A stretch of 64,000 nucleotides of DNA from Klebsormidium nitens (taxonomy: Eukaryota > Plantae > Klebsormidiophyceae). Positions 34,601-44,500 of this stretch are shown piece after piece (position 1 is the stretch's first letter; each line of letters starts with the position of its first letter). Position numbers and translations under genes: made by a program. The notes under the pieces are model-generated. The model was not told the DNA's origin. It worked only from the letters and a program-made list of their open reading frames with translations, and ran no database searches. The stretch covers positions 1 to 64,000 of the forward strand of contig DF237082.1 in NCBI GenBank assembly GCA_000708835.1, given 5' to 3'.

Positions 34601-34778
34601 GCACCCCTGGTTCCGGGAAGTCGATTGGGAGGCAATCGCGACCGCCTCGGCGGAAGCGCCCCCGGAGGTGCAGGAACGGCTGACGGGGCTGGCCAAGACG
34701 GGGCACAAGGAGGGCGGCACCCCTTTTGCCGACGAAGAGTTGACGACGTTTGATACGACCCTTTTTGCGGATTGGTAA
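22633..34778 (+). CDS. Protein phosphatase 2C + two cyclic-nucleotide-binding domains + PKA/PKG-like kinase domain fusion (At2g20050-type, plant PKG-like)
   Basis: 17 exons: 22633-23053, 23302-23478, 23888-24339, 24889-25020, 25475-25714, 26101-26226, 26571-26633, 26969-27054, 28543-28771, 29311-29434, 29912-30087, 30840-30930, 31643-31709, 32130-32473, 33146-33267, 33817-33973, 34542-34778. PP2C motifs FGVFDGHG, SGTT, GNVGDSRAV, ASDGVFEF, DDIT; cNBD FGDLAL-YNKPREAS; kinase TLCGQPDYLAPE, DWWALG, HPWF. MGC N-terminus. One GC-AG intron and one apparent frameshift near 29950. Confidence 0.93.
27578..28514. mobile_element. PIF/Harbinger-type TIR element (MITE-sized if the gap estimate is right) in an intron; interior mostly unsequenced
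   Basis: Left end GGGTCTTTACACACAGGGCGGGTGTTCTTT and reverse complement of the right end GGGCCTTTACACAGAGAGCGGGTGTTTTTT match 26/30. TAA on both sides (27575-27577, 28515-28517). Confidence 0.8.
27617..28396. other. Assembly gap (780 N)
   Basis: Run of N inside the TIR element. Confidence 0.99.
32413..32625 (+). repeat. 70-bp duplication of a kinase exon 3' end plus donor site
   Basis: 32413-32482 vs 32556-32625, 68/70 identical, both ending CAG|GTGAGGGGG. Confidence 0.95.
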
Positions 34779-35658
34779 TCGTGGCGACGCAGCTTATTTT
34801 GTAGGTGGAGTTGCAGGTATCCAGGTTGAAGGGTCGCAAGACCCTTGGTATGCAGGCCACGCGACCCACGTTACGCTTGTGACCGGGTCCGCTTTTTGCT
34901 GTGGTCTGTTATTGGGCAGGAGCTCTTGGCCGCCTGATCGTTGGGTCGGGGGTTTAGGGAAGCTTCCGCTAGCTTTATATATACTAGACGCGTTAAGCTC
35001 GATTGATTGTTTTTAAGTACAGGTATATGTACAGTCATTGATGGTATGCCGAACTGCAAGATTTGGTTCTTGTCGGCCATTCCACAGGCTCAATTGTGCT
35101 TAACCAGATTTTGGCTGATCATGGTTCCAAGCAGGTGGATAAATCAACACTGAGATGCAAATAGCGTGCACATCATAAAGCCCGCACCGAAGCATGCATG
35201 GCTCAAGGTATTGCCCGGAATGATAGACCGTTGTCGTCGTTGAAATTGATCATGCTTTAATCCAACCGAACTACCTTCTGTGATATACAGCGAAACTTGC
35301 GGAAAGGGCAAGTCCAAGAATTCTTTGTGGACGGCATACTGCAACCTGCATTGTGCATGGAAGGCATATGACCTTGATATATTGATGCGGGCGCGCATGT
35401 ATGCAAATTGCATGCATGAGCTAGCTGACTCATGCATGACAGCGAGTCTCTACATATATCATATAGATAGCTTGGTCATGACCGCGTCAGGAATTCTGGA
35501 CATGCATGTCGGTGCTTGATTCCTCACATATTTGAAGGATACGTGCATTTCTCAACGTTGATGCATCATGGAGACACGATCTCGTGTAGGACTGTCCGAT
35601 TTTATACGTTGCGTCCGGACACACAGCTCTCATCATGGACTAATTAGCTCGCGGCTCG

Positions 35659-35678
35659 NNNNNNNNNNNNNNNNNNNN
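35659..35678. other. Assembly gap (20 N)
   Basis: Run of N in the intergenic region between convergent genes. Confidence 0.99.
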
Positions 35679-36375
35679 AAAGGTATCCCCCTTGAGGGGG
35701 TCAAGGGTTGCGCCATGCATTAAATGCGAATAATGCAAAGGGGCCAAAATGCATGGACCCCAATAAACGAAGGGTCCAACATGAATAGGCTATGGCCGTG
35801 CATAGGCTATGAGCCTGTGGCGGCGGCGCGATACGCGCACGCGCGCGCTCAGGACACGCTATGGCAAGGAGCCAATCTGGCGTGACAAGATCGATTTTAG
35901 TGCGATCATTCATTGGAATTCGTGAGTCGAGCACGTATGCATGCAACATTATCATGCCAAGTTATATAAGAACTCAGCCATTGCAGTAAAAGAAGATTAA
36001 TCAGCCTTGCATGGGCGCGTCAACAAAAGGATCTGCACATGTACACATAATGCATGCATGTGAAGATTTGGGCAGCTTCTTGATCACCCTGAAGAAGCGA
36101 CTCTTTAATGGACTGAAAAGCAATGTCAATTGTAAAACAAGCATTTGCTGAGCGGCCATCCTTACAAGACGCTGAATGCATCACCTCAACCGGACGAACC
36201 GACTTACTTCAAGTCGGACAGCCCAACTCTTACCTACGCGAGCGAAGCGGCTAAAAGTCTACATACATAATGCTTTACTTAACCTACGCTGGCGCGCGCC
36301 GATTGGTATATGTTACAAAAGTGCGGGTCGTTAAGGTTCACGCCTGCAAACACCTCCTCGTGGCCTCTACCAAAG

Positions 36376-37371
36376 CTAGAAGTCGCCGCCACCAAAATCA
36401 CCGCCCCCAAAATCGCCGCCTCCAAAATCACCTCCCCCATCGCCATAGCCCCCACCGTCATAGCCTCCGCCGTCCCCATAGCCCCCATCACTGTACCCAT
36501 CGCTGCCATAACCTCCGTGATGGTCATTGTCCAACATGCTTCCCAAGAGAAGGCCTCCTAGAGCCCCGCCCATCAGCCCTGTACCAAGACCAGGCCTGAA
36601 ACGGCCCCCACCCATACCTCCCATACCCCCCATGCCTCCAATACCCATACCTCCCATACCTCCCATACCCCCACCCATGCCACCTCCAAACAGCCCTCCC
36701 CCGCCGCCATACCTGCCGTACTGTGGCTGCCCTGCATACGCCATCTGCGGGGCGAAATATGGCACATTGCCTTGCGGAGGGTACTGCTGTTGTTGATAAG
36801 GGGACTGTTGATACTGCCCTTGATTATACCCTGCCTGCGCGTGATAGGGGGTCCCCTGTGCAATCCCCGCTCCCGCTGGATAACCAGGAGGAACACCGCT
36901 TCCCCCCCAGGGCCTTGCTCTGGAGTACTCCGTTCCTGGGGGGGTGCTCGGTGCAGTAACCTCTGGGGCAGGTTTTGGGGCGTCCCTGACGCTCAGAGCA
37001 ACATTCAACACGCCCTGGGGCCTGCCGCTTGGCCGCAGCACTTGATATGCTGAAAAGTAGGGCTTCTCCTCAACTGAGCCGTCCGCTTTGACCAGGGCCC
37101 TCAAGCGGATGTTCACCCTCCCAACCTCCTTTGCGCGCCCCAGAGTCCCGTCTGCCAGGATGCGGAGCTTCAACATGTCGTTCGCCCATTCTCCGCTGCC
37201 AATCTCAAACCTGAAAACATCGTCCCAGACCGGTTCCTTCCCTCCCTGAGTGGCCGTGCGCGTGAGCTTCTGCTGGGAGCCAAAGTTGACCTCGACGTAA
37301 GGACTCTGTTGTCCAATGGTCTTCACGTCCTTCAGATGCGAGCCGCTCAAGATCTTCACCTCCAACGACAT
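36376..37371 (-). CDS. C2-domain protein with Pro/Tyr/Gln-rich and Gly-rich tail (SRC2-like)
   Basis: Single 331-codon exon. C2 fold LEVKILSGSHLKD...SPYVEV...PVWDDVFRF...GRPQGVLNVAL, then a PPGYP/PQYG region, GLGTGLMGGALGGLLLG and terminal GGDF repeats typical of the SRC2 family. Confidence 0.85.
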   Translation of the reverse strand: MSLEVKILSGSHLKDVKTIGQQSPYVEVNFGSQQKLTRTATQGGKEPVWDDVFRFEIGSGEWANDMLKLRILADGTLGRAKEVGRVNIRLRALVKADGSVEEKPYFSAYQVLRPSGRPQGVLNVALSVRDAPKPAPEVTAPSTPPGTEYSRARPWGGSGVPPGYPAGAGIAQGTPYHAQAGYNQGQYQQSPYQQQQYPPQGNVPYFAPQMAYAGQPQYGRYGGGGGLFGGGMGGGMGGMGGMGIGGMGGMGGMGGGRFRPGLGTGLMGGALGGLLLGSMLDNDHHGGYGSDGYSDGGYGDGGGYDGGGYGDGGGDFGGGDFGGGDFGGGDF

Positions 37372-37822
37372 GCTGACCTGTTCACTAGACCAACAAAAGC
37401 AGCGTTGCAATTACCTCCCTTTACTAGACCAGGCTTTCAACCACTTTGCAGCTTGCTTGTCAGAAAGTGGACCAATGGAACAGAAGGACCTTAATCCTTG
37501 ATTAATAAAAAGTGCGGTGCATGCAAGTTCAGTACAGGGGGTCCCGCCTCGAGAAATAACACACAACTGGTTCCAATCACCACTAGCGGCTTCCTCCTAG
37601 CGCTCAAGCTGTGGTAGATCGCCGATGCTCATGCAAAGAAGATTGCAAGACCAGATAGAGCAACAACAAAGCGCTTCTTCGTCTGCCCTCCTTCAACTGT
37701 GTGCTCAGCATTCTATAGAGAGCTGCTGAGCTGCATGCAAAATTGGCTGAGCAGCACTGCAGGACTGCAATCACAGGGCTCCCTTCCTCGAAGGCGCTAG
37801 CTGTTAAACGCTTAAAGACTCA

Positions 37823-38063
37823 GAGTATCGGCCCTAATTCCGGAATTTCGCAATTCCGGACGGGTAAAGCGAAAACCTTATTCCGGACCTAACAAAGCAG
37901 TCTACCGAGCACGCTGGGGCTTTCACCAGTTCCAATTCCGGATGGTTCAAACGCTATTCCGGACACCATGTGTCAACTTACCGACCTAATCTGTTATGTC
38001 CGTAATAAGGTTTTTGCTTTACCCGTCCGGAATCGCAAAATTCCGGAATTAGGGCCGATACTC
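37823..38063. mobile_element. 241-bp MITE with 72-bp terminal inverted repeats
   Basis: GAGTATCGGCCCTAATTCCGGAAT... matches the reverse complement of the right end at 67/72. Internal repeats of ATTCCGGA. Flanks TCA / TTA (imperfect 3-bp TNA duplication). Confidence 0.9.
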
Positions 38064-38316
38064 TTAGCTAATTAAACCCCAAATGCCATGGGTTAATGTC
38101 CGATGGTAACCAAGACAGTTTGTCAGCCCCCAACCATCTCCCGGCTGGCATTGAATGATTTCTGTATTGTTGATGTTTGTCCCGGCATGCAGCCCCGGGC
38201 ACTTCATCTTGACATGCAAATTTCAGTAGGGAGCGGTTACTGTAACTCTCAATTTAACCTCCCCTAAGCCAATCTGGAATCTGCACAAACCATGCAGTCT
38301 CTTGCAAGTTGCAGGC

Positions 38317-38348
38317 TGCAGCTAGTGCAGCTAGTGCAGCTAGTGCAG
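38317..38348. repeat. 9-bp tandem repeat (TGCAGCTAG x3.6) upstream of PIEZO
   Basis: Direct reading. Confidence 0.85.
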
Positions 38349-38544
38349 TGCCAGCTGGTCCTTCCACTTTTGCCATTGGCGTTAGAAAGAGCCTCAATCA
38401 GAGTTGGAGAAATCTGTGATGTGGATTTGGATTTCCTGGAAGTACTTCAATATGAAGCATGGTGGCAACGCTGGGGCCTGTTTATAGCCCCTTCAAGTTG
38501 GTGTAAAACACGATGATGTGTGGTCTGCCTGGTAAAGAGGAGCA

Positions 38545-41500
38545 ATGCTGAAGATGGTCACCGCTAGTGTGGGTGGGGCAGCTCCATTCGCACTGGCTGC
38601 CGGTGAGATTCCATAAGTATCCAAATGAGGATGCGCCAGCTTGAATTGAAATGAGCACCTGGCACTGCCACAGGTCAATTTTCAGTGCATCCCTTGTGAT
38701 TTTGTGAAGACTGATTGCAAGCCAACTCTGTTGCTATCCTCAGAAATAACAATTCTAAGCAACGTTTGCAAATTCTTCAGAGTATGTTGTCCTTGCATCA
38801 ACCTAAGAGCATAGATTACTTCTTATCTGAACTGATGCATTTGTGTCGACTTCGTTCATTTTCAGGACTGAGATCTCACTGCTCTAACTGTTGCTCCCAA
38901 TCTGCAGCGGCGCTCATTCGGCCAAATGCTGCGTCGCTGCTGTTCTTGCTGGCCTTTGCTTTCACTCAGTACCGGACAACTAGGCGGGGTAAGGCAGTTA
39001 GTCTTCGGTGGTGGTACAGCACCAGCTAAGTATAAATGGAAGATTGATATTCCTACTACTTTAACGAACTATTTAACAAACACTCTGAAGTTTAAGATAG
39101 CACTTAGCAGCCACAAGCTGGTTGGGGGCTGTGTTTGGCACCGCCCTCTTGCATTGAGCCGGTGATACAGACATATGAACCTCTGCCAAGTCTGAATCGT
39201 TTGTTCAACATTGCATCAACTGTGAGTTTTCATATCTACAAATAACCAAGGTCAGACGTTTCTAAAGTTGCTCACCCCTGTTTCTCATGCTTCCCAGAAC
39301 TTTTCAGGACGATTTGAAATAACTAAAAAGAGGCCTGAATCAGTAGTGAAAGGGCATAAGCATGGTCTCAACTGTCCTACTAAAAATCGAAGTAAGTTCT
39401 CTTTCTCAACTGCAGACTGGTACTTGGTGTCCAGTAGTCAAGTGTGGACCTACGTCCTTCTTCTGGCGGCGGGGGTCATTGTGGCTGAGGTGGCAGTGCA
39501 GCTCAGCTACCTGTCGCAGGGGGAAGAGTGGGCGCACTCAAGGGTCGCAAAGTTCTGGCTGTGGCTCCTTGGCTATGATGGGTAACTTTAAGAGTTCCTT
39601 TCTCCAAAAGCTTTAGCGTAAAACCGGGATGACAGCTGCTTGAGCCGATACAGTCCACCTTTGTTGAAGTCCTCTGAGGGACAAAGTGGCCGCTCCTTGA
39701 GGATTACTCAACTGTTGACAACATTCATGCTGACGACAGTCTTCATGTTTTATGTTCTTTGCTTTTCAATTGGTTATGCCTCCTCTATAATCTTTTCTGC
39801 TTCCGTCAGTCACACATCCCCTGGAGCATCTACTCCTGATAAACTTACCGGCTGCTACAGACATCTTCTGATGGCGGCTTTTCCTGGACTTATATTATAT
39901 AAGATCTGTTTCTGACGCCCCTTTCCTCCAATCATTTGACAGTCCGGGCCCGTGGCGTGACTCGTCAGTTCTAGCCCTTTCCCTGGGGCCTCAGCTAGGG
40001 GTGATTCTCACAGCAGCTTGTGCACTATATAGCGAGCTCCACTATGCCCCCTGGCGAGCCCGGCGCTTGGCAGGTAAGCCCTTCCGGCGCGAAGGAAAGC
40101 TTCTTTCGAGGACTGTTCTCACGAGATAAAGCCCACAGTGCTGTCAGAAGACAGTTTTGGGCCAAGGAGGGTTGCCCTGTTTCCGAGGGCGTCATCGGTT
40201 TCAAAGAGGGGTTTCGACCTAGTTTTTCCTCTTACTTGATGAAGACCAATTGCCCCTACAAGAAGTTAGAAACGAGGACAAGACCATGAGTATCAAACGA
40301 GTGGAGTCATGGGAAGCGAACTTCGCAACAAAACTTCTTGACACTCCATAGTTGAAGACATTTGGATTTCAAAGAAGACTGGGGAGCTTTTGTCCTGCTT
40401 GAAGAGTTGGAAAACTCAGTGCAACGGTGGTTCAGGCCCTATGTCAGCGGGTTGTAAGCAACAGTACTTCCTCCCTAGCGGCCTTGTGGCTAACAGGGCC
40501 GCTAGCCAATCAATGACGAGGTTCTCATCGGTTGCTGGATAGCCATTTTCCAAGCTGAGGTCCAGCTAGGATGTAGCTTTCTTCTTCCGCTTCTTTCTTT
40601 TAGTCTTCTTTACTTCGAAAAGGCGCACTTTACTTTCTCCGAGAATGTTGTTCGTTTAAAATCGCCGCACATAAGATCGCTGCTCTAAATGGCATCCACA
40701 GAACCCACAGAAGAACACTCGGCCAATGAAAAGTCAGTAATCAATTCAAAGGAGTTCAGGACCGACTGATTCGAACAGTTTTCAAGCTCAGCTTTCGCTT
40801 TCTGGCGTGCTGCCTCGTATGTGCTCAAAATAGACGGGCGCCCCGGGCCTGCCCCTGCTGAGCTACTGGTTCTGCCCGCTGCAGCAGACAGCAGCATGTC
40901 CCGCTGGCGGAAGCTGGCCCGCCACGTCGGCTTCCCCGCTGCCGTGCTTCTTGCGGGCGCCCTCCGGCCCTCCCTGGTCGCCGCCCTCTACTTCCTTTTC
41001 GCCTGCGTCTCGCTGTCATGCTGGGCGACTGTGAGGACCTTCAATGGTTTCTTTTGGTAAGATTCACGCTCGATTGCGCTTGGTCTGGATTTGTTCGTCA
41101 GCAGCTGATGCAGCGTCTAAATCCGCTCGACACGGTTGATGGCTTCTTCTGACGAAACATGTGCTTCCGGTACATGTATGACTTGTTCGGTGTTTGTCGA
41201 TTTCTGGACTAGTCGCCCTCATGATTGATTGGAAGACGTCTCGTGCTTGCTTGAAAGTAACCAGTTTCTCGACCCTTCCGCTCGAGATTAATGCTTTGGA
41301 AAGATTATTGCTGAACGATATATGCGGTTCTTCAATTCGTGCGCCATCTCGTTTGACACATGAGATCACACTCATTTATCTGGAGCGTGCAGAGATCGCC
41401 TCCATCTTCAGGGTCGAAACCTGGCTAAAACCCCTCGCAAATCTTCCATGAGCTTTGCGAGGTATCGTAACCTAGCCGCTGACTAGCACAAGCTTTCCTC

Positions 41501-44500
41501 GGTCTCAGGGCATGGCGGCCCCTGTTGCTGTACTGCGGCGCGCACAGCCTTCTGCTGTACCTGTTTCAGTTCCCGGTTGTACATACCAGCGCGCTTGCGG
41601 GACTGGCACAGGACGTGGGCCTCTACCAGATTGACACGTGGACCTCAGGAGCGTGGCCAGAACTTGGACAGGCTGCCGCACTGCTCCTCCTCTTTGTCAT
41701 GGTGAGACGGCGAGCTGAGACGTGGACTTACACACCTCTTTCGAACTTTTTAGCCGATCCTTCCTTCTAGTAACCAGGCCCTTGTCTCAACGGCAGTTCT
41801 TGGAGGATTTTATGCATCACGCAGTTGGCCACTGCTTAGAACATTACTCGGAGCTGGAGTTCAAGAGCTTCAATGATTTCGATTGCAAATTCTAACCGCA
41901 CTCCCTTCATTACGAAGCTGACCGAGCGAACCTGCTGTTCATGCTGGAGCCACAGAGTTCGAGTCTGCAATATTTATCGGTTGACTGCTCTATGAGATTG
42001 CTCTTTGTAACAAAGTTTCTTCAAACTGTGGCCCATAATACTTCTCCGTTGTCACCAGGGCGTTATAAAACCCCCCCTGACATTTTGCAGTTGTCAGGGG
42101 CCATCAGCCACCGGTTGGCCACGGGCGAGGACGAGCCCCCCGTTTTGGGCTCCCCGTTGAACGGCGTCAGCACCGACGAGGATGACGTCAGCCCAACCCT
42201 GTCGCGGAGCAACTCACTCACGACCAGCCTTCTCGAGCGAGAGATGGCAAATGCGCGGGGAGACTCCAGCACGTGGGTTCCGACTCCCTCGTCAATCTGA
42301 AGGCTTTCTGCTCAATCTACTCAGAAGAGTCCTCGCCAAACCTCATTGTTAGAGCGTTGGATGATTTGCGATTGCTAAGTTTTCACCCTGTGACTTGCCG
42401 ATCTGGAGACGGCCTCAAGTATTTGAGCGGTCTTCGACAGAGATCCTCGTGGTCCTCAAAAAGCTCATTAGCATCACGGTATTATCAGCCACCAGCGTGG
42501 CTGCTTTTCGTTGTGCTTTTCATTAGCAGCCTCTTTCTCCTTTCTCGCTTACTGTGAAGCAAAATAGCAAAGATTGAGAAGCAATCAGGCTTTTGTTTGT
42601 TGACAAGCTTGTTGAATCAGAGCTTGGATTACCAGTGCTGACTCTCGCTATTTTCTTTTGCTTACAGGCCGTGGGTGGTTCGGCAGCGGCGAGTGGCTGT
42701 GCACTGGCAGGCCCTCCGGAGCTTCTACACGTACGGGTTTCCGGTGAGCGGGCCTTGTTTTGAACGGTTTGAGTACAAGCTTGTGTCAGCTGCTGTCCGT
42801 TTGCTTGCTCACACCCCCGTCTTCTCAGTTGCAGAGGATTGCCGACCAGGGTTGTTGCCTTGCATTCAATCATTTTGAGGATTCAAGAAGGCGGGTGATC
42901 CTGAGACGGTGCTGGGGAATCAAGCAAGCCCTTTGTTGTCGCAGCCAGTTGTGACACAGAACACGTTCCATAGGTTTGAATTGAACGTCAAATATTCAGA
43001 ACGTTAACCCACGTGAACGGAGAAAGACGGTCCTCCTATTTCCAGACAGAATTTTTACAAACCACCATGACTTTTCTGCGTTCTGCAATTTTCGCCCACA
43101 CATTCTCACTTGTTACGCCTAATCTCGGCGACCCCCTGCCCAATTCGCAGCTGTGCCTGGTCGCCCTGGTGACGTGGAGCTTCGTGGACATTTGCGTGGC
43201 GTCCTTCGGCCTGCTCGTCTTCGTGGCCTTCGTCTTCTTCTCCTTCCCGTCATCCACGCGGCTGCAGCGCACCAACCCCATCATGCTCGCGTACATCCTC
43301 CTCTGGACGCTCGCCATGTACTTCTTTAATGCAGCCGGTGTACGCGACCCGGTGAGCGACCCGCTGACGTCATGCTGACGGTCGAGTTGTTGTCGTAAGT
43401 AGTTAGGGACGCTTACTCGTACTTAGAAGTTACTTGGCAGAGGAAACGATGTGAGAAGCGAATCCAGATTGTGCTACCTGCGTGACGACTTTCGTCTTTG
43501 TCCGTTGCTGCCAGGATACGCAACCTGGTGGAAGATTCACGGACTTCAAACTTCTGCTCCGAGCTGGTTGCTCTGGTAGAGATGACTGCAAGTATCTATT
43601 CGGTTAGAGACGACTGCAAGTTTTCACAGAGCACAGATGGCCTAATATATCCCGTCCTGCTTTCAAACCCTTCACTGCGCGAAACATGATCAGACGGTTG
43701 GAAGCACGAGTGTCTCCGCCAAACGTGGCAGTCAAGTTCCAAGCTTTCCCTCGAGCTTTTACGCCAAAACAATGAAGAACCTTTGTTGCTTTACCCCAGG
43801 ACGCGTTTTGGACGGTCATTGGGTTGTGGCGGTACCATCGGCCGGGGGGCCTCATTCTGGCGCAGTTCCTGCTGGCGGGGCTGATGGCGCTCGACGTCTA
43901 TACGCGGAACATCGTGCTGGAAGGAGACGCCGAAGAGGAGGCGGAAGCAGATGGCGCACCACAGGGACGGCAGAGCCTGTACCAAGAAGGTAAGGCACCG
44001 AATCAGAGCCCGGTGTTACTTTCTATGCTGGTCTGGGTTGTCTGGCAGGCAGCTTGTGTTGGCTTTCCTAACATGTGTGGAGGATGGCGCCCTGTGAATT
44101 ACATTGTGAAGACGCGGCAGAGCCTGTATCAGGAAGTAAGCATCGAAACAAAGAGTTGGTTGTTGGAAGCGTGGCTGGTGCCCTGCTGGGTGTGCAAATG
44201 ATGCACCAGAGTTTTTCGGGTGCTTCATCTTAAAAAGTGATTGAGGAGATTGCTTTTGTTAGAGGTTGATGCAAGTTAATGCAAGCTCCCAAAAAGATTG
44301 TCGTGTCAGCGAGTGGAAAGTTGAAAAGTGGTAGCTCTATGAACTAGATGCAGATTGAAATGGGTAGCTGAGACTACTGAAAGAGTGACTTTATGCTAGC
44401 ATTCTTTGATAGAGCGTGTGACCACTTGGACAAGAATTACCTGAAATCCACATCAAATACACTCCTACCAACATTATTTCCAAGAACTGTTGGTATGTTA

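Noticed and set aside
35679-35900. CCCCCT-TG-AGGGGG hairpin next to the small gap as a Helitron end
   Set aside because: No CTRR terminus at the expected distance and no 5' TC end identifiable; the gap prevents assessment.
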